Assembly (NCBI RefSeq): GCF_004010195.1
Contig: NC_057718.1
Location: forward strand, 16,511,418-16,575,417
Reading direction: 5' to 3'
From: Chiloscyllium plagiosum
Lineage: Eukaryota
Length of the DNA stretch: 64,000 nucleotides
Every line of letters starts with the position of its first letter. Position 1 is the first letter of the stretch. The notes beneath the pieces were generated by a model. That model did not search any database. It saw nothing but the letters and a program-made list of their open reading frames with translations, and had not been told where the DNA came from. Made by a program: the position numbers and the translations under genes. This document shows, piece after piece, positions 25,476 to 38,699 of this stretch.

Positions 25476-26544
25476 TGTCCTTTCCTCACTTACCCCTGCT
25501 AAAAGAGAACAGAATGGTCGTTGAGTTTGCCCTGATAAAATTAATCACAACATTTCAATTAAAAGAAGCAGTTTATCTGGAGTACTTTCAATTGATGACA
25601 TTGAGAGGCTGCTACCCAAATGTAACAACAACTCTTATTTTACTTTCAACTTGGAGTGTGTAATTTTTCATATACAGGTGTAAAGGACACCAGAAACTAA
25701 TAAGATGACATACCCAGCCCACTTTAACTAAAGTGTATTACAGTTACTCCAATTCAGAAGAAATATAATAATTTGATCAATTGTATATATTAGATGCTAT
25801 AATCACTTTTAGGTAAAAGCAAGTTAACTGTCAGAATTATTCGTGAGGGGTAATTCCACGTTCCTAGCCAGGGAGCCATGCTCACAGGAAGAAGTGCTCA
25901 TTGAGATTTGGCTATGATAGTCCTAATTCTTTGACCTGTACTCACAATAACCAGGAACAGGAAGTGCAGGAGCTCAGAATAAACCCTCAAAACACCAGAT
26001 ATTTAATAACAGGCCTATGTACAGATATTTCCTAGAAAAGGTGATCAATTTCACTTGAATGAACTGGTGGGCAAACCACTTTCAAAATTCCTGAGGTGAA
26101 ATGTCATTTGCTCAAAAAGTTTGGATGACTGAACTGTAGCAATTAAACAGCACCAATGTGAAGAACCCACCTGTTCTGGAATCTACTCATCACTTATACC
26201 TCCAGAATCCAGCAAAGAAATTATAGACAGTAAAGTTGGGACCGTGAGGCAAATCATTTTGTGCTATTTTGGTGAACATGAAAGAGCTTTGTACTGATGG
26301 TACTCTGTTTTCTCCAGCAGAATAATTGGAGGCATAGAGATTTGAAAAATTACTGGGGATGCTTGAAATTTGAAACCATTAGAGAAAATGCTAGATATAT
26401 TCAGTGAGTTCAATGGGATACATGGAGAGAGAAACAGAGGCTTGGCAACTGACGGCCAGACACTGAGGCCAATCAGAGAGCTGCAGCTCAGCAGCATCTC
26501 TGAGAGAAAAGACCATTGCTGGGGGTACACCTCGAGGAATAAAT

Positions 26545-27425
26545 ATATATTAATAGATATGCCTCCTCAAGACAAAGTTAGTAGGGTCTAAGGGCACCAG
26601 GCAAGGGGGCGCTGTGGCAACAAGGATCACTAAAGGCAGACAGTGCTGATGTCTTGTGGGTGGCCATGTCCCTGCCATGGTGAGCCAAAAGCAGAGGACA
26701 TTCTTTTCCCAGGGGTTTAGTAGTCTCCCCACACAATAGAGAAAGGGGAGGGGATGATCTGTTTGGAAGAGCAATTACACTGATGTAAATGATTGAGGAT
26801 GATGTGTTGAATATGAAGGTTAGTAAGGTGTAAGATGAGAACCAACGGAACCCAGCCTTGGAAGGGGAAGGGGTGACAGCAGAAATGATCAAGGGCATTG
26901 TGGGTCGGAATGCTCAATTGAAGACAAAAGAAGATATGCTGAAAGTGCTACTATGGCAAGTTACAACATCTGAACAGACATGACCGGGATGAAAAAAACT
27001 GGAAAAATAAAACCTTTACAGAAATCGAGCTGTGGATGTGTGTAGTCAAGATAACTGTGCAAGACAGTGAACACTGAATAGACTATCCTCAGAAAGGGAA
27101 ATAGAGAGTTCAAGGAAAGAAAGGGAAGCATTGCCATTGGACCTTTTGAAAGCAGAAGAAAGATGAAAACTGGAAGTGAAGTTGAAATTTTAAATGCTGG
27201 GTGAGAGCAGGAAGCAGAACCAACAATAACCAATGTACCAGAAAAAGATGCAAGGGAGAGAGCCTGAATAGGACTAGACAAAGAATGCTTCACAGATTCC
27301 ACAAAGAGGCAGGCATAGCAAGGACCATGCAGGTACCCATAGCAACACTTTTTATTTGGAGAAAGTGAGTCGAGTAGTTGTTCAATGTGAGAATAAGTTC
27401 AGCCAAGCGGAGGAGGATGGGGACT
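26545..27425 (-). mobile_element. Degraded Neptune-like PLE RT fragment
   Basis: Reverse strand ~27280-27350 encodes frameshifted VAMGTCM/PCYACLFVESVKHSL, matching the RT motif of the 4945-6745 element. Confidence 0.7.
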
Positions 27426-30400
27426 GGCATCAAGTTACATAGGAATACACAGGACTGGCAGAGAGCACAACAACTAATTTGGTCAACCTTAAGGTTATCT
27501 TTCTGAGGGGGGATACTGCACTAGCAATAACTAAGTAAGGAAAGAAAAGCATATGAAAAATAGTCAGAATATAAAGCTTTAACCTTCAAACATGGTGTCA
27601 AGCTTAATATGGAATATTGCTTTTCTGAACTTTTCACCTCTCTTTATAGATCACTAATGCAGGTCAAGGGGTTGGATAGTTACCCTTCTGTGGAAAAATA
27701 TTAAGAGACTTTTCTTCTGTATATAGGAATGTCTATATTATCAGAATCTATTAGAAGGTCTAGAGTTACTTTGAACTACTTTCTGTGGGAGGTGGGGAGA
27801 AAGAAAGAATGGGAGGGGCAAAAGAACTAATGTTTCCACCCCTAAGTGGAGAAATTCCATTTTAAATGATAAAACCTTAATTTTTTTAGTTGGTATCCAG
27901 GAGCAGCAAAGTTATACTGCTACCTGGAGGAAATTAAAGTGAGATGACTGAGCTCGAAGTGCAAATATAAATATTATTTGAAGTAACATTATATCAACAT
28001 TAATTGTGGAGATCATATACTTACAACTCCTTATGGTAGAAGAAACTGAAAGGCTCCAGGGTGAATACAAAATACAGAAAGTGAGGTTTATAGTATGGCT
28101 TTGAATATAATGGTGTGTTGTTTCTGTCTCAGTACAAACAAAAATATGTTTTCACAATTTTTAACCCAATTCTATTCCTTTTGATACAATTGTGAATCAT
28201 GGACCTTGAGGCTTCCAACCATTTGGTGAAGCTTAAATGTATAGAATGATGAAAGGTATACTCCTTCAATCACACTCCTGTTCAATGATTCACGTGTCAG
28301 TTCAGCTCTGAAGATGTGGGCTTTGGTTCTGAAGTGCCTCTGACTATTGCAGACTATGCTTCAATTGTGCATTTTTATCTTTTTAAGGAAGGAATATGGA
28401 TTCATTTCTTTCAAATTTAAGTGTCAGTACAATTTGCTTCTGCAAATGCCTTTTCTTTTTAGGTGAAAAACTTTCCTTGTACTTCTGAAGGGATTGATTT
28501 CTTCAGTGATTCTGATAGTCACCCTTGGTCACCCAACAGCAACTATTCACATGTAAGCCTGGACAATTGAGTGTGGGCATGCCTCCAGACTATGGAGATA
28601 ATCTGAGATGAGCCTTTTATCATTCATTATCCACACATACATTTTCAACAATCGTCTTTAACTGTCTGTTCTTTTCTTTCATATTTCTAAGTGCTGCATG
28701 AGTTTTCTCAACAGTAAATATAACCAAAGTTTTCCAGCTCAGATATTTAAAAAAAAACCTCCTAGTTTCTGTTACTAGATTATAATAGATGACTTATTTA
28801 TCTGCACACTGAATTCTGACCTGCATCTGCTGAAAATGCTGTTTTTGCTGTGTTTCATGCTGTTCAAGAGTCTCTTGTGAAACAGATGGAGCTCTATATT
28901 TTTATCTTCAATTTCAACAGCATCCATAATCAGGTTCACCAAGTCCAGCTTGTACTGATCTTTATTAAAAAAAATCCTCAGACTAGTTCCTCATAAGTCA
29001 GCTCAAAATCTTTGAACATTGAACATCACAGGTAAAGTCAAAAGAAACAGCCCTTCCTCCAATACCACTACATCAGTGCATACATCCAAAATCCCTTGTT
29101 GCATTTTAATGAACTCAATGAAACATTTGTACTAAAACAGGTGAACAATTTTGTTGAAATTGAACAGAATTTGAGATGTAAGTGTTAAACTTTTCCCATA
29201 ATGAAATCTAGTTCTTTCAACAATTAAATGATGATTGTCTTTGCAGCATAATCAAATATAGTCATGCAAATGCACGCAAACAAGTAACATTGTAAATCAT
29301 CAGCAAATCTGTCAGCTTCTGAAAAGAGAGATGGCTGTACCCCTTTCAGATACTAGCAATCTTATTGTGCATCATTTTCTGTTTTTATCTCAGCTTTCCT
29401 GTCATTGCAGTTCCTCATTTTCTGTGTCACTGAATATGTCGTGAACAATGATAGATACTTTGCTTCATCATTTTTGCAAATTAACTCCTGTCATATTTGG
29501 AAGTCCCCTTGGCACACCATTCCCTGATCAGTGAATGCTGTAACAGGGTATAGAGGTGGGTAGGGAAAAATTGACAGGCCTCTTCCACTGATTGTTCTAG
29601 CTGCCAAAAGTTGTGTGGAGAAGCTCAAATGAACTAGATCCCTTTACCTTGGCCCTACTGCAGTAAACACCTGACTGCTGATTCTACCGGTCAATTGAGT
29701 TCAGGAGATGCACTGCTGGGAATTTATACCTCAAAACCTGAGTGTTATTGCTCCATGGTAAGCTGGTAAATTGGCCCTATATCACTCCAGTTACATATTG
29801 CTATTTTATTGTCTAATGTATTTTCTACCAATCCTTGTAGGTAGATCAGGCAGAAAATACCAATATTGCACAATATCTGCCTGAAAAATATATAATCCTG
29901 ACAATGTGGACATTAGTGTTATTCTATGTTATCCTTTTTGAAAGAAGCCTTTTGTTTACTTGAAATTTAACTTTGCATGCAGAAAATAATCACTAACCTT
30001 GACCAAAACACAAATTGATTCAAATGGAATCTGCGGGACCAGCAGTTTTGACATTTGTCTCAAGGTCTAAGTCACAATACCAGGTTGAATTCTGGGTTGG
30101 GAACCCAAAACTGCTTGCAGTGGGATCCTGGGCAGATTCATTAGGAGGTATTTAATACAAAACAAGGAGTGGGCTACAGAGGCTGGAGGGTGATTAGGAG
30201 GCCATCGAGCCCTGAGAGGCCAGTAGCCCCATTGCTACAGGTGGGACTGCGAATATAGTTTGGTGAAAGACAGGGCATTTCAAGATGGAGGTATGCCTGA
30301 AGACTTTTTAAAAAGACTGCAGTGTTCCGTAGCTGGCAGACCATCATTGTGGAGGACAAACCCTTTCCAGGGTGGTCTGAGGTTGAAGTTGTGGTCCTCT

Positions 30401-30889
30401 GCCAATTGCAGTAATGGGGAGGGAAGTGCTAAAACTGTCAGCTGGAGTGCAGCATGCCCCTCAGTCTGTTGCTGGGAGCTCATCTCAATTCTTTGGCCAA
30501 GTTTTGGCCTCAGTGGAGGACCTGCATGCTGACTGGAAAATTCCAATTACCATCAGCAGAGGCTTCAACAGGCACTTTAGGCTGCCTAATGCTTAACTGG
30601 CTATTTGCTAGTTGCAAGCAGGTAGCTGTCACAACACATCACATCCTAACTGAGCTTCATTAACTGTGGACCGGAACAGAAAAATGCCAATAAATGTCAG
30701 TGGGCGCCACAAAATTGCAGGCCCTCCCACTTCTGTGTTCACCTCCTAAAATGCAGCTCATCATTTCCTGAAAAGATGTTTTCTACTCTTGTATAACATG
30801 GTTGATAAAAACGTCAACTGAACGGTTCCAAATGAAAACCACTGATTTTATTACTTCACATTTCAATTCAACTTTCTTCTTCTGAGTAC

Positions 30890-31235
30890 AGTGACTGATG
30901 CTGGGTTAGAGTTCCACAGGTGCTGGTAACCTGTATATATGGCCATTCTTCACATGTGAGTGTCAGCAGCCTGTTGAACTGTAGGGGGCAGTTGACACAA
31001 CAGAGACCCATCCTGTTCTCAACTGGTATCCAGGTGAGTTGGTTGGACTTAGATCAGCAGTAGGATCCTTGGCCTATATCTACCTTCCCTAGCTCAGTGG
31101 ATACGAGGCCAAATGTATGGGCTCCCCAGCTGAAATTGGCAAATCTGACTCATAACAGGGATTGAACCAGGGATTTTCCAGCCTGTTCAGCTTAAAGCCA
31201 CATCAGGTGGTGCCTTTAGCACCTGAATGATCAGG
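30890..31235 (-). mobile_element. Ancient SINE-like repeat (family C)
   Basis: Reverse B-box-like GGGATTGAACC at ~31158; TGGCCATTCTTCACATGTGAG; shares motifs with 17255-17395. Confidence 0.5.
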
Positions 31236-33024
31236 GAAGAAACATTCTGTTTTAATAATAGTCTACTACACCAAGAGTGAACAGAAAGTTTCTAATAAAC
31301 AAAATCTGCAACTAAATTTTATGTAGAAGATATTAACTTTACAAAATATCTGGATTAAAAAAATTGTAAAACACTTCTTAAAACATTACAAATAGCTTAG
31401 TCTGTAAAAAAATCTCTAATTCAGTTAAACCATTATTAAATATAGTTGACAAATATATTACTTTCTGTCTAATTTGAAAAAGAACCCAGCTCATCTATTT
31501 GTGTGATATAAGCAGGGACATTATTATCACTTCCAGAGTTGCTGCTCAAACTTGGTTTGAGCATTAACTTAATCAGAATTGCTTGATGGTTTATGCCATT
31601 CAGACACAGAAACATACAAACGTGCACTATAAATTGATGACAGCAGACTCATCGGTCTGCTATCAGGGCTGCTACTGATGGCAGTTATTTAACAGATGTA
31701 GAATTGAAGATGTTTTGAAGCAGAGGTCAGTGGAGTCGGAGAGTAGCAAAGAAATTAAAGAAAATAGTCAAGGAAGACGGTGGTGGCCTTAAGTGTTCAA
31801 AGTTCAGAGAAGCAGCAGGAGACGGCTGATTAACTATGTTGGTGAGTGAATAAATTGAGTAATGTGAAAATTGAAAACATGACACCATTGTTATTTGTTT
31901 GCACAGCAATGCAATATATATGTGTTACTGGTGAATCCAAAGAGACCCATGTCATGCCCACTTTAAAATAATTTTTAAGTAACTAAATTATTCTGGGTTT
32001 TGAGTAGATGTTTTAACCAGTTTCTATCTTTATCTGGACAAACTGCATCTGCTATATCTAGAGCATAAAAGCCACAAGGAAATGTGTGTGTGGTGAGTGA
32101 ATAACTGAGTGTATCACAGAGAGCATACCTGGGTTATGTTCTCCAATTCTTATATTTTAAAATCATAGTACAAATTGACATAAACCACTAATTAAGCCTA
32201 ACACGAAAAGACATCCATATATTATTACATTAGTACTATATATTACTATAGATCACTTTATTTGTCACATCATAGCTTCATAGGTGAGATATTATGCATA
32301 AAATTACAATCATCGTAATTATGTTATATAAAGGTCTAGGATAAATATCAAGGAAATGTTTTACGACATTATCTTTATAATATAAGCATTAAAGCTCTTC
32401 AACAATACAAGTGTGCAGCGACTTCAGGTTGGCATACTAAATCCTGCTAACACTAATTGTGACTGCTACTATTCTTAAACACAAGAATTCCACTTGCAGC
32501 AGAACTGCTGCTCAGCAGTTTTTGAGCAAGCAGACGAAAGTTTGGATACTAATTTCTTGAGCATGTCAAAGTTTTCCACTGCTTTCTTTTAGTTTTAAAA
32601 AAACAGATGAAGCAGTACCCGCCTCAGGCTGGTTGCCTCTCCAGCAGCGGTAAGGCTGTTATAGCTACGAATGCCATTTGTTCCATTACACAATCTCCTG
32701 AAGCCTTTTGCGGAGAGCTAAAACAACTGCCTACACCAAAACGACACATGGTTCTCCATTCTGACTCGTTGCTAATCCAGACGCTGTAACCATCTTTCTT
32801 TAAGTTGCCATATGGTTGACAGAAGCCTGTAGATTTAGCAGCACATCTGCTTGTAGATTACTTCTTTCTTAAAGGTCCACAGCATTTTCTTTTCAAAATG
32901 TGTGAACAATGAAGATGAAAGTGTATTTTGACAGAAAAAACTGAAGGAACCTCACTGCAAAAGTACAAATTAAAATAAATTATTTAACAAAGAAGATACA
33001 TGAGAAAGGATAATAGGATAACAT

Positions 33025-33530
33025 TCTACAGGAAGGATGTTGTTAAACGTGAAAGGATTCAGAAAAGATTTACAAGTATGGTGCCAGGACTAGAGATATG
33101 GGCAGAGGCTGAATGGGCTGGGATTTCTTCCCTGGAGTGTCGGAGACAGGGGTGACCTTATAGAGATTAGTAAAATCATGAGGGGCATGGATAGGGTGAA
33201 TAGCAAACCTTTTTCCTCGGGTGGGAAAGTCCAAAACAAGATGGTATAGGTTCAAGGTGAGAGGGGAAAGATTTAGAAAGTACCTGAGGGGTAACTTTTT
33301 CTCACAGAGGGTGATGCTTGCATGGAACAAGCTGCCAGAGGAATTGGTAGAGGCAGGTTCAATTACAACATTTAAAAGGTATCTGGATAGGTACATGAAA
33401 AGGAAGGATTACGAGAGATATGGGATAAATGCTGGCAAATGGGACTAGATCAGACTGGGATGTCTATTTGGTAATGATGAGTTGGACGAAAGGGTCTGTT
33501 TCCGTGCTGTATGACTCTATGACTCTATCT
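33025..33530 (+). mobile_element. CR1/HER1-type LINE 3' end
   Basis: ORF2 C-terminus RGNFFSQRVMLAWNKLPEELVEAG; tail (ATGACTCT)n. Confidence 0.92.
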
Positions 33531-34174
33531 ATGAGAGTAATATACTGATTAATTCTGTTCAACTTCATTATGCAATAATATTCTGGTACACAATTTGTAA
33601 AGTATTAAAAGGCCTGGGAATAAATAAGCTTAGTGCAATGTAAATAAGCTTATAGGAGCATGGAATGAATGACCACACTCAGCAACTGGCATTAAATATT
33701 TGTATGATACTATTAAAAAAACTTTCTGGATTTTATAAGAATTTTAAATCTTATTCAGGGGACGTTGAAAAAAATTACATCTCTGCAAACTGTAAACCAA
33801 TTAACTTTATGTGGGAAAAAATTTGCTTTTATTTTAAATATTTATATATTTTGAAATTTCCCATTTGCAGGTTAAAATTCTCCTAGAAAAAGATATTGAA
33901 TTTATTCATTTCTATTTGAGCTCTAATCAAAATAATTAAAATGATGGATTGTGATATTTTTGATTTTTTAAAATAACCTCAATATGCTCACAACCACTAA
34001 AATATAGAAGCTGGAATGCTGACTGAATGTCAAAATAGTTGCACTCACTTAACTATTTGAGGTCTGCAGTAATATTTTGTATCAAATTCAGAAGAGTGCA
34101 TTATTGAAAATGCTTTGTCAGAAAATGCTAAATTCATTGTTCATTGTTGCAACCTGCAACCGGAGAGGAAAAGA

Positions 34175-34400
34175 AAGTGTTGTATTTACATAGTGCTTTT
34201 CAAAACATCAGGACATCTCAAAGCACTCTGCAGTTGTAGCCACTGCTACAATGAAAGATATGTGGCAGTCAATTTACACACAACAGTAATTTTCTGCCCA
34301 CCTGAAAAGGTAGCTGGGGCTTTAGTTAAAATTTCATCCAGAAAACTGCACTTCTGACACTGTAGCGTATCTTGATATTTGCCTGCCTCTGCTGCAGTAA
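34175..34400 (-). mobile_element. DeuSINE-like relic
   Basis: TGTATTTACATAGTGCTTT..GTGGCAGTCAATTTACACAC..CCACCTGAAAAGG..TCATCCAGAAA..CTTCTGACACTG. Confidence 0.5.
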
Positions 34401-34439
34401 AATGTGAGAACTGCAGGATGGACAGGTCCACATTTATCC

Positions 34440-36210
34440 CTTATCCTTCTGACGTACATCCATGTGTCAAGCCTGGTTATCTCTCCTCTACAAGAATATC
34501 ATGGAATCACTGCAGGACCTTCTGAAGAGGGAGGGTGAAAGGCCAGAGGTCATGGCCCATGTTGGGACCAATGAGATAGGAAGGAAGAAAGAAAAATTAG
34601 GCCCTGTAAGCAGACTTTATGGAGTTTGACAGGAAATTGAAAAGCAACACTCTAAGGTAGCAGCCTTGCAGGTGTATAAATTCACAGGTGTGGATGAAAT
34701 ATATCCCAGGCTGTTGAGGGATAGGGAGGCAAGGGAGAATATCTCAATGGTCCTCACAGTAATTTTCAAACTTCTCTGTCCACAGATGAGGTACCAGAGA
34801 ACTGGAGGACTGCTAACATTATCTCATTGTTAGAAATGGAAGGAAGGGATAGGTCATGAAATTATAGGTTGATCGTCTAACCTCATGATGGGGAAGTTTT
34901 TAAAAAGAATTCTCAGTTTCAGAATTTATCTGCACATGGAGAAAGATATGAATTAATCAGGGATTGTCAGTATGGATTTGTTAAAGGAGAGCCATGTTTG
35001 ACAAATTTGATTGAGATTTTATGGAAGTAACTAGGAGTATTGACAAGAGTGTGGTCTACATGGACTTTAGCAAGGCTTTTTAGCTTCCTCATGGCAGACT
35101 ACTCAAGAAAGTTTGAGCTCATGGAATCCAAGGCAAACTGGTACACTGGATCCAGAATTGACTGGGAGGCAGGAAGCAAAGGGTAATGGAAGACGGATGT
35201 TTCTCTAGTTGGAAATCTTTCTATTGGGGTTCTACAGAGCTTGTGCGTGGGGCCTTGCAGTTTGCGGTATACACTAAAAATTTGGACTGAATAATATGAG
35301 GTGTAATCCAGAGGTTCTTCGATGACACAAAAATGGTAAGATGGTAAATTGTGAGGAGGATGGCTATGACCTACAGGAGGATATATTTGGATTGGTCAGG
35401 TGAGCAGAGCAGTGACAAATAACACTCAACCCAGAAAAGTAAGAGGTAATGCAACTGGAGAGGGCTCACAGGAAAGGGATTACTCTATGAATAGTAGGAC
35501 CCATAGAAAGTACTGAAGGTCAACGGGATCTTGGTGTGCATATCCACAGATCCCCAAAGTTGGCAGGATAGATAGATAATGCAGCTAAGAAAACACAAAG
35601 GATACACAAATCACATAGCACTTTAATTTTTTAACCAAGATGTGGAAGACATAAATTGGGGAGGTTATACTGAAATCATATAAAATACTATTTAGGCTAC
35701 AACTGCAGTCTGGGAGAAAGTGAGGACTGCAGATGCTGGAGATCAGACTCAAGAGTGTGGTGCTAGAAAAGCACAGCAGGTCAGGCAACATCCACGGAGC
35801 AGGAGAATCGACATTTCGGGCAAGACCTCCTAATCACAACTGCAGTCTGGTCACCAAATTTTAGAAAGGATGTGATTGCACCAGAGAGGGTGCAGAGGAG
35901 ATTTACCAGGATGCTGCCTAGGCTGAGGGTCTGAGTATGAGGAAAGATTGAATAGGCTGGGAGTGGTTTTCTCGGTACATAAGATTTTGAAGGACATAGA
36001 TAGGATGGGTAGGGAAGCATTTTTCCATTAGTCGATAGTCCATAACCAGGGTACATAGATTTAAGGTAAGAAGTAGGAGGAAACTTGAGAATCTTTTTCA
36101 ATATTAGGACTCTGGAAAAGTAGATTCAGAAACTCTCATAACATTTAAACCGAAATTTGTTTTTCACTTGTGTTGCCAGAGGACTAAGAGCTGGAAAATG
36201 TGATTAGTGC
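34440..36210 (+). mobile_element. Degraded CR1-type LINE (internally deleted)
   Basis: Degenerate CR1 motifs GTCTACATGGACTTTAGCAAGGCTTT (VYMDFSKAF), TTCGATGACACAAAA, GTGCAGAGGAGATTTACCAGGATG. Confidence 0.82.
35714..35835 (-). mobile_element. PLE family B terminal piece (single arm) nested in CR1
   Basis: GAGAAAGTGAGGACTGCAGATGCTGGAGATCAG..; TSD ACAACTGCAGTCTGG at 35699-35713 and 35836-35850. Confidence 0.85.
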
Positions 36211-36325
36211 TGTTAAATCTTTGCTGAATTCAAAATCCGCCATTTGCCATGGCAGGATTCAAACCAAAGACCCTGGAACAGTATCTGGATCTCTGGATTG
36301 AGAGGCTAGCTATCACCTCCCCATG

Positions 36326-37003
36326 GAGAAAGTGAGGACTGCAGATGCTGGAGATTAGAGCTGAAAAATGTGTTGCTGGAAAAGCGCAGCAGGTCAGGCA
36401 GCATCCAAGCAGCAGGAGAATCGACGATTGGGGAATAAGCCCTTCTTCAGGAATGAGGAGGGTGTGCCAAGCTGGCTAAGGTAAAAGGTAGGGAGGAGGG
36501 ACTTGGGGGAGGGGCGTTGGGAATGCGATAGGTGGAAGGAGGTTAAGGTGAGGGTGATAGGCCGGAGAGGGGGTGGGGGCGGAGAGGTCGGGAAGAAGTT
36601 TGCAGGTCAAGAAGGCGGTGCTGAGTCCGAGGGTTGGGACTGCGATATGGTGGGGGGAGGGGAAATGAGGAAGCTGGAGAAACTTCCAACTTCCTCATTT
36701 CCCCTCCCCCCACCTTATCTCAGTCCCAACCCTCGGACTCAGCATCGCCTTCTTAACCTGCAATCTTCTTCCCGACCTCTCCGCCCCCATCCCCTCTCCG
36801 GCCTATCACCCTCACCTTAACCTCCTTCCACCTATCGCATTCCCAACGCCCCTCCCCCAAGTCCCTCCTCCCTACCTTTTATCTCAGCCTGCTTGGCACA
36901 CCCTTCTAATTCCTGAAGAAGGGCTTATGCCCGAAACGTCGATTCTCCTGCTCTTTGGATGCTGCCTGACCTGCTGCGCTTTTCCAGCAACACATTTTTC
37001 AGC
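36326..37003. mobile_element. Long fold-back PLE family B insertion (319-bp inverted arms)
   Basis: Arms 36360-36678 and 36685-37003; TSD ATCACCTCCCCATG at 36312-36325 and 37004-37017. Confidence 0.92.
36911..36942 (+). ncRNA. Minimal hammerhead ribozyme motif (PLE family B)
   Basis: TC-CTGAAGA-A-GGGC(TTAT)GCCC-GAAAC-GTC-GA: CUGANGA core, 4-bp helix II, GUC cleavage triplet, very short helix I. Confidence 0.65.
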
Positions 37004-37017
37004 ATCACCTCCCCATG

Positions 37018-37370
37018 TTGGCCTTCATTGCAACGAAATTTGAGTACAGATCTAGGTTGTCTTGCAGCAGTTGTACAGATACTTCTTGAGACCACACCTA
37101 GAATATTGTGTGCAGATTTGGGTCTCCTAACATAAGAAAATATATACTTGTCATAGTGGGAATTCAGTGAAGGCTCATTCCTGGGTGTCAGATTTGTTGT
37201 ATGAGGATAAACTCATACTTACTGCACTCTAGGAGAACAACAGGGGATCTCATTGAAATGTATTAAATTATGACAGGGTTGGATAGACTGGATGTAGGAT
37301 CATGTTCCTCCATGCTTGGTGTTCAGAACAAGGGTTCATAGTCGCAAGATACAGGATAGATCATTTAAGT
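37018..37370 (+). mobile_element. Old CR1-type LINE fragment
   Basis: GAGACCACACCTAGAATATTGTGTGCAG (RPHLEYCVQ), GGGGATCTCATTGAA. Confidence 0.75.
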
Positions 37371-37374
37371 AAAC

Positions 37375-37670
37375 ATATATAGCATGGACGCTTGCACATT
37401 CACCCCGTGTGGAGTTTGTACAGGAGTATGCCAACTCCTGTGTGTTTCCTTCAGGTGCTTCGATTTTCTCGCACATTCCAAAGATGTGCAGGTTCGTTGG
37501 ATTGGCCATGCTAAATGTCCAGGGGTGTGCAGGATGTGTGGGAAGCTATGGTTAAAAACCCCATGCGGTGTTAGGGGAATGGGGTGGGTCTGGATGGAAT
37601 GGTTTTCAGATGTTTGATGCAGACTTGATGGACTGACTGGCCTCTTTCTGCACGCATCAGCATCTATTAT
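37375..37670 (+). mobile_element. Diverged HE1-type SINE
   Basis: GTGTGGAGTTTG..CCAAAGATGTGCAGGTT..ATTGGCCATGCTAAAT. Confidence 0.75.
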
Positions 37671-38699
37671 ATGAAATAAAGGTTGTACAGGAGTGTCAGG
37701 AAACTGAGCAGACAAAATCGTCCCAGCCCTGTGGAGGTGGGTTTGGACATGGGACTAGAAACAAAATTGGTTGCTTGCACATCAGATCAACTCCCTGCCA
37801 TGTTCTTGCCTCTGTTCAATCCTGCAGGATACAGGCTGCCTCAGGGACCTGAAGCCTGCTCCAGAGAGTTGGGCAGACAATTAGGGCAATGAAGGCCCCA
37901 CTTAAGCATCATTTTCATAGCCCACTGCCAGAATCTTCCTGGGGTTGGACCAGGCTTTCATTAAGCCAGAACCTAGCAGCTTCCTGGAGGCAACCTCCAG
38001 CCTGGCAGCCACTGGAGTGTGCTCTCCAACACCCGATCATGAGGGCATTGGGATGAGAATGCCCATTGCCACAGGCAACCCCTTCACACAGATTGCCTGG
38101 ACAGATATAAGCATTCTTTATTTTATATTTTCATTATGCTTTCGAGAGTATTTAACAGGTTCCCACCTGTCTTAGCAGTGCTCATCTCTCCGAGCAGGGC
38201 TGCAACCCTCTGAATCTGTGGGCCCTCTGTTTGGATCCCCTCAAAACCTTGCCCACTTAGATGGCAAATGTGGAAGCAACCATTCACTTGCCTGCATGCC
38301 TGGCAGATTCTGTCAGCTCTCTGACCCATGTGAGTCTGAGATATGGTCCAGAGACTGAAGGTTTTCAAAGGGCAGAAGTTTCTATATAAGCAGCATTCAT
38401 GTTTCGTTTTACATGCTGCAATCATACATAGTAAAATATCCTGGAATCAGGAAAGGTTCTTAGAACTTCCTTCTTCTAGAATTTGCATTTGTCACCCAGA
38501 CTTCCTGCTTTCTTTACTGGGGATGGTGGGGTGCCTCTTGCTCACTAAAAACAAATTGCAGGACTTCATGGACTTTGCCTGTCTGAGGGAAGGATGTCAA
38601 AAGTGGAAATAGTTCAGCAATCATTCAAAATCGCAAACACACAAAGATGCATCAACTATGGTTTATCAGGACCTCATTTCCTAGCTACTGTACTAACGC

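Noticed and set aside
32607..32789. 60-aa plus-strand ORF or antisense exon
   Set aside because: No homology or partner exons; kept only as part of a candidate non-coding element.
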